Source of the DNA: Candidatus Micrarchaeota archaeon
GTDB taxonomy: Archaea; Micrarchaeota; Micrarchaeia; Norongarragalinales; UBA8480
Reading direction: 5' to 3'
Length of the DNA: 57,885 nucleotides
Assembly (NCBI GenBank): GCA_021812145.1
Contig: JAKAOM010000004.1
Span: forward strand, 1-57,885
Part shown: piece by piece, positions 8,463-17,354 of the stretch
Layout of the letters: every line of letters starts with the position of its first letter
How positions within the stretch are numbered: the first letter of the stretch is position 1
The notes under the pieces: model-generated
Told to the model about the DNA's origin: nothing
The model's input: the letters and a program-made list of their open reading frames with translations, nothing else
Database searches by the model: none
Made by a program: the position numbers and the translations under genes

Positions 8463-9611
8463 TTATCCGAGCATGGGTGTTAGTGAGAAGAACAAAACTA
8501 TCAGCGTTATAAAAGCGATTATCTGAGGGTAAGGATAAAAGAAACTGTATTTTGTTTTTATTGTTTTTTTCTCTTTAAGATAGATTAAAGCCAAGTTAAG
8601 TAGCGCGTAAAAAAGAATTAAAGCCATTGAAGCAAGGTATATCACGGTGTTCACTTTTACTGCAAGGGTAAGCAGTGCTATTACAGTGCTTATTATAATT
8701 ATCGCGTTTGAAGGTACGCCTTCATTGTTTAACTTTAAAATGAACTTGTTTTTAGTCATTGAATAAAGTATTCTTGAAGCGCCGTTTATTAGCGTTAAAG
8801 CCACGCTTAAAGTGGCTAGCAGTGCTCCAGCTATTATAATCCATTGCACAACCTTGCTTGAAATGCCTGTTGCTAAAGGGGTTACGGTGGTTGAAAGTTG
8901 TTGTGGCGAGGCTATATTGAGCGCTGATATTGCGGTTAGAAGATAAATAACTATCACTATAACCACCCCGACTATAACTGCCTTAGGTATTGTTTTCTCA
9001 GGATTTTTAACCTCCTCTGAAAGTTCGGTTATTTTTCCAAATCCCGAGAATGCGAAGAACATTAAACCCGCCCCGGCAAGTATTCCTTCAGACCCTGTTT
9101 GAATTGCGGGTTGCGGTGTTTGTGTAGAAGTTAGTGCGAAGATGATAAAAACAACCAAAGCTATTATTTTAAGCAATGTTATCGCGTTATTCGCCAAAGC
9201 CGATTTTTTAACTCCTGACACACTTATCAAAGCTAGCATAATCAAGCCAATAATTGAAATGAAAGGTATTGTCAGTATCAAATTGAAATAAGCTGTGAAT
9301 CCAAGCATAACTGTTGACGCGGCTAGAACGTCTGCTATTATCCAACCCCCTCCTACGATCAACCCTAGTTTTTTTGATATTTTTTTTGAAAACGCGTATT
9401 CTCCCCCCTCCTCCGGTATTGCGCTTGAAAGCTCTGCGTATGTGAAGGCAGTTAGGATTGATGCTATCCCAGCTATCAGTATTGAAATTGGAATGTAGCT
9501 TCCTGCTTTTGACGCGGCTAAACCTATTATTACGAATATTCCCGCACCTATTATTCCCCCAAGCTCGAAAAGTATAGAATCAGTAAGGTTGAGGTTTCTT
9601 TTTAGTTTCAT
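8463..9611 (-). CDS. APC-family amino acid/polyamine permease
   Basis: 382 aa, about 10-11 TM helices, with GAGIFVI and AELSSAIPEEGGEYAF motifs typical of amino acid permeases. Confidence 0.75.
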   Translation of the reverse strand: MKLKRNLNLTDSILFELGGIIGAGIFVIIGLAASKAGSYIPISILIAGIASILTAFTYAELSSAIPEEGGEYAFSKKISKKLGLIVGGGWIIADVLAASTVMLGFTAYFNLILTIPFISIIGLIMLALISVSGVKKSALANNAITLLKIIALVVFIIFALTSTQTPQPAIQTGSEGILAGAGLMFFAFSGFGKITELSEEVKNPEKTIPKAVIVGVVIVIVIYLLTAISALNIASPQQLSTTVTPLATGISSKVVQWIIIAGALLATLSVALTLINGASRILYSMTKNKFILKLNNEGVPSNAIIIISTVIALLTLAVKVNTVIYLASMALILFYALLNLALIYLKEKKTIKTKYSFFYPYPQIIAFITLIVLFFSLTPMLG

Positions 9612-10348
9612 TTCAACTGTTCTGCGATGTTGTGATGGGTGAAAGCATCTGCTTTTAGCGCTATGGCTATTTTAGCAGCTATTTTTCTAGCCTTTCTTCC
9701 CCTTTCTTTTGGCGCTGAACCGCTGACAGAAGCGTTTTGAAAGATTAGCCCGTGTTTTGGTGGTTTGGAGTTTGTTTTTAGGTGTTTGAACAAAGCTTTT
9801 TCAGCTCCCAACACTTGGATTGTGCTGGCCGGCATTTTTGCCAGTTTTTCAAGATCTCCTGCCTTTGCCAGAAGTTTGCTTGCCACCCCCGCCCCTGCTA
9901 TCTGTGTGGCGTTAGGCATGACTTTCTCAGCTGTTTTTTCTATGTAATCCTCCATCTCGTTTATTGTATCTGTTATTGATTTTACCTGGCTTGCAAGTTT
10001 CTGAAGCGCTTCTGCGTCATCTCTTTGAAGTTTCGCTCCAAAACTGTTTTTAGCCTTAAACATTATTTCGCCAGCTTTCTTTTCACCAACTATCTTCGCC
10101 AGTCTACCCTCTTCAAGGTTTTCTTTTGATGAGAAGGAAGATATTATTTCGACAAGTTTGTCGTCGAAAACTATTATTTCAGGGAAGTTTATGTTAAACC
10201 ATTCCTTGATTCTTTGAATAAGCAGATTTTTTGCTTTTTCAAGGTCTTCGACGCTTCTAACCGCCTGAATCAAAGAGTATTCTTCCTTTGAATATTCGTT
10301 TTTTAATTCCAGCTTTGCTTTTCTTATAGCCTCTTCTCTTGTTATCAT
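9608..10348 (-). CDS. nop5: box C/D sRNP protein Nop5 (Nop56/58 homologue), NOSIC+Nop domains only
   Basis: 246 aa. LIQRIKEWFNINFPE (NOSIC) and VLGAEKALFKHLKTNSKPPKHGLIFQ (Nop domain) are present. There is no N-terminal fibrillarin-binding domain. Confidence 0.8.
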   Translation of the reverse strand: MITREEAIRKAKLELKNEYSKEEYSLIQAVRSVEDLEKAKNLLIQRIKEWFNINFPEIIVFDDKLVEIISSFSSKENLEEGRLAKIVGEKKAGEIMFKAKNSFGAKLQRDDAEALQKLASQVKSITDTINEMEDYIEKTAEKVMPNATQIAGAGVASKLLAKAGDLEKLAKMPASTIQVLGAEKALFKHLKTNSKPPKHGLIFQNASVSGSAPKERGRKARKIAAKIAIALKADAFTHHNIAEQLK

Positions 10349-10460
10349 GTTTAATCTTCTATTTTGAATGTTTTTAACTCTTTTGTTTTTTTTGCTATAC
10401 TTATTATAAAAATTGTTTTTTGTTAGCCTAAATTAGATTCATTCAGCAGTTGATTCTTTC

Positions 10461-11264
10461 TCACTTTCTTCTCATTATTTTAAAAAGCTCTTCGTTAGCC
10501 CATCTGTTGATGAGATAGTTTGAATGTTTGCCAATTATATTCTCTAAGTATTCAGTTGCGTTTTCCCTGAACTCTTCTTTTAATCCTATCTTTCCAATAT
10601 CATTTATCTTGCCTAAGGTTTCTTTTTCCATTAATTTTGTAAGCGGTGAAATTTCTTTAGGATGTTTCATTACCTCTCTGTAAAGTTCGGAAAGTTTTCT
10701 TAGTTTTTTTCCGTTTTTTTCTTTTTCCACCAATTCTTCATAGGCTTGCGCAGCACGTTCACCCGACTCTAGTTCCACGTTTTCCATTGCTATTTTGTTC
10801 AATCCTTCCATTATTGTTTTTTTCACGCTTTTGTGTTCTGAGTTTTTTGAAATCTCTTCTAGAAGGCGGATCATTCCTTTCTTTGGGGCTTCGCTTTCAC
10901 TTTTTTTAATATTTTCAATCATGTTGCTTATTCTTTCAATTTGTTCTTTTTCAGGCGTTTGGTAGAAATAACTGCTTTTGTTGTTCAAACCGCTTTTTAT
11001 TAGATTTTCATTTTCTATTAAACTTTCAATTGGCTCAGCGTGTTCTTTTATTTCAGGTTCGTCGCCGTATCTTTTTGGTTTAATTCCTTTTGAAGCAAGA
11101 ATCCCATATATCTCTTCTCTTAAATTTTCATGCATTCTTGCTATTCTTTCAAGTGTTGAAACGTCCTGACTGCTTAGCTCCTTCCTCATTTTTATTTGGT
11201 CGACTATGCTGTGCGCTATTCCCTCCTGAATTCTTTTTTCTTCGTCTTCGTTTTTTTCGAACAT
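10461..11264 (-). CDS. hypothetical Glu/Lys-rich helical protein
   Basis: 267 aa, strongly charged and apparently all-helical. I recognise no family. Confidence 0.4.
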   Translation of the reverse strand: MFEKNEDEEKRIQEGIAHSIVDQIKMRKELSSQDVSTLERIARMHENLREEIYGILASKGIKPKRYGDEPEIKEHAEPIESLIENENLIKSGLNNKSSYFYQTPEKEQIERISNMIENIKKSESEAPKKGMIRLLEEISKNSEHKSVKKTIMEGLNKIAMENVELESGERAAQAYEELVEKEKNGKKLRKLSELYREVMKHPKEISPLTKLMEKETLGKINDIGKIGLKEEFRENATEYLENIIGKHSNYLINRWANEELFKIMRRK

Positions 11265-11329
11265 TGCAATTAGACAAGAGTTTTTTAAGTTTTTAAGCTT
11301 TTACCTCCTTTTGATTTTCTATAGTTTAA

Positions 11330-12715
11330 TCATTCAATTTTCTTGTTTCCTGCAAGCAACGACATTGCCTTTACCGCTTTTTTAACGTCATTGAAGTCAG
11401 GAATGTTATTGTTTTGCAAAGTATTCACTGCTTTGGAGCTGAATTTTCCCCCCATAAAAACACATATCACTGGTTTTTTGAATTTTTTGAAAGATTCTAC
11501 CGCAACTTCTGCGTCGGCAGTAGGTTGAGTCATCGTTTGAATTGTCTGAATTACGAATATACCTGAAATGTAGTCCTCCTGAATCAGCGTAGTTATGGCT
11601 GCGTTGAATGTTTTCGGAAGCGCATCTCCAACTATATCCAGTGGATTTCTTCTTGAGTAAACCGGACTCATTAGCTTGGTAGCGTCTAGTTTTTTAAGCG
11701 TTTCTTTTTTAAGTTCAACCAGCTTTAAATTGTAGCGTTCACAGTAGTCTGCGCATAAAACCCCTCCCGCCCCGCTGTTTGTCACAACCGCTATTGCGTT
11801 TTCCTTAAGCATTGGCTGTTCGCTTAATACTTTTGCGAAGTCGAACAAATCCTCTACCGTGTCGGCCATTATCCCACCGCTTTGAAGTACTGCTGCCTCG
11901 AAGACTCGTGAGTTTCCTGCAAGTGAAGCAGTGTGGCTTCCTGCCGCCTTGCTTCCGTTTGCGGTTCTGCCTCCTTTTAGTATTATCACCGGTTTTTTTT
12001 TGGTAACATTGCTTATAACCTTCATTAATTTCCTTCCATTGTTTATTCCCTCTATATAGGCGGTTATAACTTTTGTTTGCGGGTCTTCCCCTGCCCATTC
12101 GATGAAGTCGCTGGAATCCAGAAGCGCGCTGTTTCCCACGCTTATAATCGAGCTGAAGCTGTATCTTTCCTTCACAGCCCAGTCTATAACGCTGTCGGCA
12201 AGCGCTCCGCTTTGCGTTATGAACGCTACGTTGCCTGCAGGAGGGCTTGTCAATGCGAATGAAGCATTCAAACCAGTTGATGGGCGTATGAACCCTAAAC
12301 AGTTAGGTCCTAAAATGTTTATTTTGTATTTGACTGCAACGGCGATAATCTTGTCCTGCAGTTCTTTTCCTTTGCTTCCTATTTCAGCGAATCCAGCTGA
12401 AATTATAACTGCGTTTTTGATTCCTTTTTTTCCGCACTGTGTTATAATGTTAGGTACTATTGCGGCTGGAACGCATATAACTGCCAAATCAACGTTCTCT
12501 TTGATTTCTAAAACGTTTTTGAAGCATTCTAAACTCATTATCCTTTCTATATTCGGATTTACAGGGTATATTTTTCCAGTAAATGGCCTTCCGTAACCGC
12601 TGTTCATTACAAATCCCTGAAGCAGGCTTTTCATAACTCCATAGCCAACGCTTTCTGTTTTATTTGAAGCGCCTATCACAGCGATGCTTTTTGGGTTGAA
12701 CATTGATTCAAACAT
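11330..12715 (-). CDS. acdA: acetyl-CoA synthetase (ADP-forming), alpha subunit
   Basis: 461 aa. PKSIAVIGASNK...GYGV CoA-binding start, a GSHTASLAG phosphohistidine-loop-like motif and succinyl-CoA-synthetase-like flavodoxin domains. Confidence 0.8.
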   Translation of the reverse strand: MFESMFNPKSIAVIGASNKTESVGYGVMKSLLQGFVMNSGYGRPFTGKIYPVNPNIERIMSLECFKNVLEIKENVDLAVICVPAAIVPNIITQCGKKGIKNAVIISAGFAEIGSKGKELQDKIIAVAVKYKINILGPNCLGFIRPSTGLNASFALTSPPAGNVAFITQSGALADSVIDWAVKERYSFSSIISVGNSALLDSSDFIEWAGEDPQTKVITAYIEGINNGRKLMKVISNVTKKKPVIILKGGRTANGSKAAGSHTASLAGNSRVFEAAVLQSGGIMADTVEDLFDFAKVLSEQPMLKENAIAVVTNSGAGGVLCADYCERYNLKLVELKKETLKKLDATKLMSPVYSRRNPLDIVGDALPKTFNAAITTLIQEDYISGIFVIQTIQTMTQPTADAEVAVESFKKFKKPVICVFMGGKFSSKAVNTLQNNNIPDFNDVKKAVKAMSLLAGNKKIE

Positions 12716-13324
12716 TTAAACCACCCTGAAGTCTACTATTGCCGGCCCGTCTTTTCCGAATATTACTGGATTAAAGTCCAGGGTTTTAAAATTAAGGAAG
12801 TCGAAAGCGTTTTCTGTTTTAAGTAAAAGCTCCTCTATTTTTGAATATTCTAGTTTTATTCCCCTGAACCCGTTAAAGAAAGCTCCTGCCTTTGTTTCGA
12901 AAACCATTTTTTTGACAATCTCCTGGTTTAACGGAGCTATTCCTATTGAAACATCGTGGTATAACTCAACGCTTATCCCGCCCAGTCCGAAAAGAACGCT
13001 CCTTCCGAATATAGAATCGTTAAGCGCGCCTACCATTAATTCAATTCCTTCTTTTTTTTCTTGAGCTATGAATGTTTCAACTTTTTTGTTTTTTCTCATT
13101 AAGTTGAGTTTTTTTTCAAGCTCTTCCATAGTTTGAACCTGCTGTACAAGCCCAAGCTCGGTTTTGTGCAGTATTTCTCTTCCATAACCTTTTAGGAAAA
13201 AAGGCGGTTTTAGGTTTTTTCTTTCAATATCCTTAGTGAGAGATTTTAAGTTGCATCCTCTTGCGGATTGAATCAGTGGAAAGCCGTGCTTGGTTAGCAA
13301 GTCTTCTGTTTTATTGAAATCCAC
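12716..13324 (-). CDS. acdB: acetyl-CoA synthetase (ADP-forming), beta (ATP-grasp) subunit
   Basis: 202 aa with a GTG start, lying directly upstream of and abutting acdA. ATP-grasp-like pattern: LKGYGREILHKTELGLV, MVGALNDSIFGRSVLFGLGG. Confidence 0.7.
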   Translation of the reverse strand: MDFNKTEDLLTKHGFPLIQSARGCNLKSLTKDIERKNLKPPFFLKGYGREILHKTELGLVQQVQTMEELEKKLNLMRKNKKVETFIAQEKKEGIELMVGALNDSIFGRSVLFGLGGISVELYHDVSIGIAPLNQEIVKKMVFETKAGAFFNGFRGIKLEYSKIEELLLKTENAFDFLNFKTLDFNPVIFGKDGPAIVDFRVV

Positions 13325-13431
13325 GCTTTAAATTAAAGCAAAAAACCTTTAAAAACACGCTGTTGAACCACTAGCAAGTTAAAACAATCTTTAAGGCAGG
13401 GTATTTTAAATTTTCCTTTTTTAAAAAAATC

Positions 13432-13968
13432 ATGATTCTTTCAGATTTTGATCTTGAAAATTACATAAAAGCAAAAAGGCTTGTAATACGCCCTTTGGGA
13501 AAGGACACTATACGGGAAAACGGGGTTGATTTGAAAATATCCGACGAGGTTGCCTACTATACTACCAAATTTAAGGGCGTTAATGTGGATATATCCGACG
13601 AGAAGATTGTTAAAAAACTTTATACCATAGAAAAAAGAGTCAAGGAAATAGTGGTTAAATCAAACGCTCATGTTTTGCTTTCAACTGTTGAAAATGTAAC
13701 GCTTCCTGATGATCTGATGGGTTTTGTTGAGTTGAGAAGCACTGCTGCAAGACACGGATTGGCGATGCCTCCGACAATAATAGACGCTGGCTTTTCAGGC
13801 ACGGTAACGCTTGAAGTTTTCAACAACGCGCCATATAATATTATTTTGAAGCCTGGAACCAGATTTGCTCACGTTATATTCGCAAGAACAACCACGAGAG
13901 TTAAAAAACCGTACAAAGGCACTTATTTCAACCAGTCGGGAGTAAAAACACCTAAAGCAATTAAATAA
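13432..13968 (+). CDS. dcd: dCTP deaminase family protein
   Basis: 178 aa with an MILSD start, plus GFVELRSTAARHGL and IDAGFSGTVTLEVFN motifs of the Dcd/dUTPase-like trimeric family. Confidence 0.8.
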   Translation: MILSDFDLENYIKAKRLVIRPLGKDTIRENGVDLKISDEVAYYTTKFKGVNVDISDEKIVKKLYTIEKRVKEIVVKSNAHVLLSTVENVTLPDDLMGFVELRSTAARHGLAMPPTIIDAGFSGTVTLEVFNNAPYNIILKPGTRFAHVIFARTTTRVKKPYKGTYFNQSGVKTPKAIK

Positions 13969-13972
13969 AAAG

Positions 13973-15049
13973 TTACAAAAGTCTAATTGCTTTTTCCAAT
14001 TCTCCTTCTTCCAGTGCTTCGAACAATTCATCGCCTTTTTCAAATTTTCTCCCAACTATTTCAATTGCCTTGGCTTTGGCTGTTTTGTAGTCTCTGTTTC
14101 TTAACTGGCTTATCTTGTCTTTCAGCGTGTTGGTGGAAATATTTTTATCTAAAGTAAGTAAAACCCTTTGAGTTTTAATATTTAAGTCTGTTTCCTCTTT
14201 ATTTTTCAAAGTGGCGTTCACCACAACTCTAAGCATTGGAATTGGAATTAATGCAGGAGTTTTTTCCACTTCCTCCTCTATTTTTTTCTTTATTTCGCTT
14301 ACAGTTGTGTTTTCAAGGTTTATCTCGCCTACGAAAAGCCTTCTTGTGGTTATTTCCTGAAATTCTGTTTTTTTAGTTTCGCTGTCATAGACGTAAAATC
14401 CTTTTGCTCCTGTTTCGCTTTTTTTCATTTGAGTGACCACCGTGCTTCCAGGCATTATTATATTTGAATATATTGAATGATGGTGCACGTGCCCGTTGCA
14501 GTAAAGATCGAAACCTTTTGGAAGGTCTCGTGTTGAAATCCCTTCAAAACCGTTCTGTTCTCCAGTGTCTTTTATAACTTGGTGCATTAGAAAAATGTTG
14601 AAAAACCCATTATCTGGATTGAAATTCATGGCTTTTAAAGCTTCTGAAGCTATATCGTCTGGCACGCCAGTCATGCCTTGTATTGAAATGTTTTCAACCC
14701 TTGTTTTTACAGCGTGAGTGTTGATTATAAGTCCGCTTTCATGAAGTATTTGAATTATATTAGGACTTCCCTTGCTCTTCCTTTCATGCGTTCCAGGAAT
14801 CACGATTGGCGCGTTGTCCAATTTGGCTTCGTTTTGAGTTATATCTAAATGTTTGAGTCTTTTTTTGGTTTCAGCCAGCATTTTAACTGCTTCATATATC
14901 GTCTCTTGACTAGGATTTCTTGAGTCAAACAGATCTCCGCAGATAAGGATAATGTCAAATTCAGCTGCTTTTTTAAGGGCGTTCCTTGCTTGGGTAAAAG
15001 AATCTTCATTGTAGCCTAAGTGGAAATCGCTTGTAATTGCTATTTTCAT
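13973..15049 (-). CDS. Mre11/SbcD-like metallophosphoesterase nuclease
   Basis: 358 aa. Phosphoesterase motifs appear in order: TSDFHLG, CGDLFD, PGTHE, LMHQ, NGHVHH. No rad50, herA or nurA gene is adjacent. Confidence 0.65.
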   Translation of the reverse strand: MKIAITSDFHLGYNEDSFTQARNALKKAAEFDIILICGDLFDSRNPSQETIYEAVKMLAETKKRLKHLDITQNEAKLDNAPIVIPGTHERKSKGSPNIIQILHESGLIINTHAVKTRVENISIQGMTGVPDDIASEALKAMNFNPDNGFFNIFLMHQVIKDTGEQNGFEGISTRDLPKGFDLYCNGHVHHHSIYSNIIMPGSTVVTQMKKSETGAKGFYVYDSETKKTEFQEITTRRLFVGEINLENTTVSEIKKKIEEEVEKTPALIPIPMLRVVVNATLKNKEETDLNIKTQRVLLTLDKNISTNTLKDKISQLRNRDYKTAKAKAIEIVGRKFEKGDELFEALEEGELEKAIRLL

Positions 15050-15073
15050 TTTATTCTCCGATTATTTTTTTCT

Positions 15074-15559
15074 ATGAATAACCTTAAATTTTTTTTTGTT
15101 TTTCCTTTAAGCAGTAAAAGGTGGTTTATTTTGGTCGATTGGATTTTATACGCTGTTGCTGGAATGATTTTTTACTCCATTGCAAACCTTGTTTGGAAGT
15201 ATTTGAGCAATTCCTATACTGTTTCAATGGTGGGCATTGCTGAGGGGCTAGCCATTCCAACATTGGTTGCTTTGGTTGTTTTCATTGCCCTTATGTTCCT
15301 AACCAGGCAAGTTTCCACAATCAACCCTGTTTTCGTCTTTCTACTGTTTGTTGTGGCGGTTCTTTCAATAGCAGGCTTTGGTCTATTTTTCTACTCCCTT
15401 AAATTCGGAAAAGTGGCGGTTGTTACGGCAGTTATGAGCTTAAGCACTGCGGTTGTTGCGGTTCTTTCATTTATTTTCCTAGGTGACCAATTTACCTGGA
15501 GGGAGTTGCTCGCGATGACCCTTGCGATTGCAAGCGTTCTGATTCTAGCTTTTCCATAA
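15074..15559 (+). CDS. EamA/DMT-like small membrane transporter
   Basis: About 160 aa counted from the internal ATG at 15074. The track start at 15020 would overlap the mre11-like start. There are 4-5 TM helices with the YSIANLVWKY pattern of an EamA half-transporter. Confidence 0.5.
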   Translation: MNNLKFFFVFPLSSKRWFILVDWILYAVAGMIFYSIANLVWKYLSNSYTVSMVGIAEGLAIPTLVALVVFIALMFLTRQVSTINPVFVFLLFVVAVLSIAGFGLFFYSLKFGKVAVVTAVMSLSTAVVAVLSFIFLGDQFTWRELLAMTLAIASVLILAFP

Positions 15560-16457
15560 TCCATGCAAGGGCAGCTTCAACATCCTTAATTTCGCACCCT
15601 CCAATATTTTCATGCCCCCATCCATTGCCGTTGAATCGTGCCGCGCATTCCTTTAGAATGGTTCCAACATTTAATTTTGAACAAGCTGAATTTTGAACAA
15701 TTGTGATCCTGCCATTTCCAACCGCTATTCCTATCGGCGCTATTTCTGAGAGTATTGAGGCTACTTCTGTCCGGTTAGTATCCGCTTTTGCAATTGCAAC
15801 TCCATTTTTTAAAAACGCTGTTTTTATCTTGTCTAAAATGTTTTCAGAGTGTTCTTTCCCCTTACATTCTTTTAGCATTCCAATCGCTTTAGAATAGCTT
15901 ACTTCTGAATTTGCAAGAAGCTCTCCGGCGTTTTTGAACGTTTCAACTCCCGCCTCCCTAAAGTAGTGAGTGTCGGAAATAATTCCAAGCAGCAGGAGAA
16001 GGGAAGTTTTTTTTGATGGCTTTCTTCCAGTTTTTTTAAATAATCCGTTTATTATCTCGCTGCAACTCGTAGCATGATAATTGAAGTTTGACGCGTTTTT
16101 TATTTTTTTAAGCGTTTCATGATGATCTATTGTAACCAGTGTTTTGCTTTTTGCAAACTTTTCAATTCTATCTTTAAAACTTCCAAGCATTTCAGGATCT
16201 GAAACGTCGACAAGTACAATTGAATTGTATTTCTCAATACCTTCAACTACTGGAATGTGAATCTTGTTTTTTTCTAGAATCATTCTAGCCTGAGAATTCA
16301 ATGAAATACATTTTAAATCTGGCTTTTTTGATTTTAAGAATTCTTTCAATGCAAGTCCGCTTGCAATTGCATCCGCATCTGCGATATCATGAAAGCTTAT
16401 AAGTAGTGGTTCTTTGAGTTTTGAGAGTTTTTTTTCAAGATTTAGGATTGGATGCAT
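15492..16457 (-). CDS. DHH-family phosphoesterase
   Basis: 321 aa with HDIADADAIASGLAL (motifs I/II) and TIDHHE (DHH motif). The 3' end overlaps the convergent EamA-like gene. Confidence 0.7.
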   Translation of the reverse strand: MHPILNLEKKLSKLKEPLLISFHDIADADAIASGLALKEFLKSKKPDLKCISLNSQARMILEKNKIHIPVVEGIEKYNSIVLVDVSDPEMLGSFKDRIEKFAKSKTLVTIDHHETLKKIKNASNFNYHATSCSEIINGLFKKTGRKPSKKTSLLLLLGIISDTHYFREAGVETFKNAGELLANSEVSYSKAIGMLKECKGKEHSENILDKIKTAFLKNGVAIAKADTNRTEVASILSEIAPIGIAVGNGRITIVQNSACSKLNVGTILKECAARFNGNGWGHENIGGCEIKDVEAALAWIMEKLESERLQSQGSSRATPSR

Positions 16458-16710
16458 TTTTCATTTTTTCTTCCTGTTTTTCCAGTATTGAAATTCTAGA
16501 TTTAAGTATTCCCTTTTCCTCCTCGAGGTTTTTCAATGCTTCATCCTTTTGTTTTTGAACCAAAACGCCTCCAACGTATTTGTAAACCACTCCTGAGCTT
16601 CCTTCCACTTCTTTCGAAGCGTTTTCTAGCTCTTGAAGCTGTATAGTGTAAGCTTGTTTCTGAGCCTCTAAATACTGTATTTGCTGTCTCAAAGCTTCCT
16701 GTTCATTCAT
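16435..16710 (-). CDS. pfdB: prefoldin beta subunit
   Basis: 91 aa with coiled coil, beta hairpin (VVYKYVGGVLVQ) and coiled coil, in the conserved position after pcc1. Confidence 0.75.
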   Translation of the reverse strand: MNEQEALRQQIQYLEAQKQAYTIQLQELENASKEVEGSSGVVYKYVGGVLVQKQKDEALKNLEEEKGILKSRISILEKQEEKMKNASNPKS

Positions 16711-16943
16711 TTATCCATCACTTCTTTTATTTCAATTATTGTTTTTAAGTCCCTTAGAATGCTGGTGGACACTGCCCTAAGCGGAGCAATGTCTCCTGCT
16801 TCAATTTTTATCTCGACAAGATTATTAATTGTTTTTATTTCAAGCTTGGTCTTCACGTCTTTCATAGCGCCTTCTTTCAGCGTTTTAGCTGCTTTAAGTG
16901 CTTGTTTTTTGTCTTTGAAGTTTATTTTAAATACCGCTTCCAT
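16707..16943 (-). CDS. pcc1: KEOPS complex subunit Pcc1-like protein
   Basis: 78 aa. IKIEAGDIAPLRAVSTSILRDLKTI matches the Pcc1 A-x-D-x-x-ALRA-x-x-NS pattern. It sits in the conserved Brix-Pcc1-PfdB neighbourhood. Confidence 0.6.
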   Translation of the reverse strand: MEAVFKINFKDKKQALKAAKTLKEGAMKDVKTKLEIKTINNLVEIKIEAGDIAPLRAVSTSILRDLKTIIEIKEVMDK

Positions 16944-17328
16944 TTTCAGCTCTCAGCTCTACTTCAAGTATTCTCCTAGTTTTAGGATTTTTAATGTAAA
17001 TCTTGTTGTTTTTCTTGAATTCTTTTAAATGCTCCAAGTTAAAAACGTTGCTTTCCGCGCTTTCTTCAATTTTAGCTTCTGATTTCTTTATTGCTTTTAC
17101 CTTAGCCTTTATCTGCTTTTTTTCAAAAGGAATTCTTATGCCTTCCAATTCAACTATTATTATTTTCCTACAACCGTATTTCTCGGCTTTCTCTTTTATT
17201 TTCTTAAATGGCTTTGTTCCTCTTTTCTGGAATTTGGCGTCTAAAAAAAAAGCAAGCGTTCTTGCAGTTTGAACCTCTTCAACCCCTGCTTTTTTTGACG
17301 TTGTTATATAAATCGATTCTTGCTGCAT
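16927..17328 (-). CDS. Brix (Imp4-like) domain protein
   Basis: 133 aa. IYITTSKKAGVEEVQTARTLAFFLDAKFQKRGTKPFKKI...KIIIV resembles the N-terminal half of archaeal Brix proteins, and the synteny with pcc1 and pfdB fits. Confidence 0.5.
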   Translation of the reverse strand: MQQESIYITTSKKAGVEEVQTARTLAFFLDAKFQKRGTKPFKKIKEKAEKYGCRKIIIVELEGIRIPFEKKQIKAKVKAIKKSEAKIEESAESNVFNLEHLKEFKKNNKIYIKNPKTRRILEVELRAENGSGI

Positions 17329-17354
17329 TTTCAGAACTCTTTTTAATTATTTAA

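Noticed and set aside
11805-12098. Arg/Lys-rich 97-aa ORF in an alternative frame within acdA, and a similar one at 4357..4569 inside the reductase gene
   Set aside because: They are same-strand out-of-frame ORFs inside conserved enzymes with low-complexity basic composition. Nothing supports an overlapping gene.
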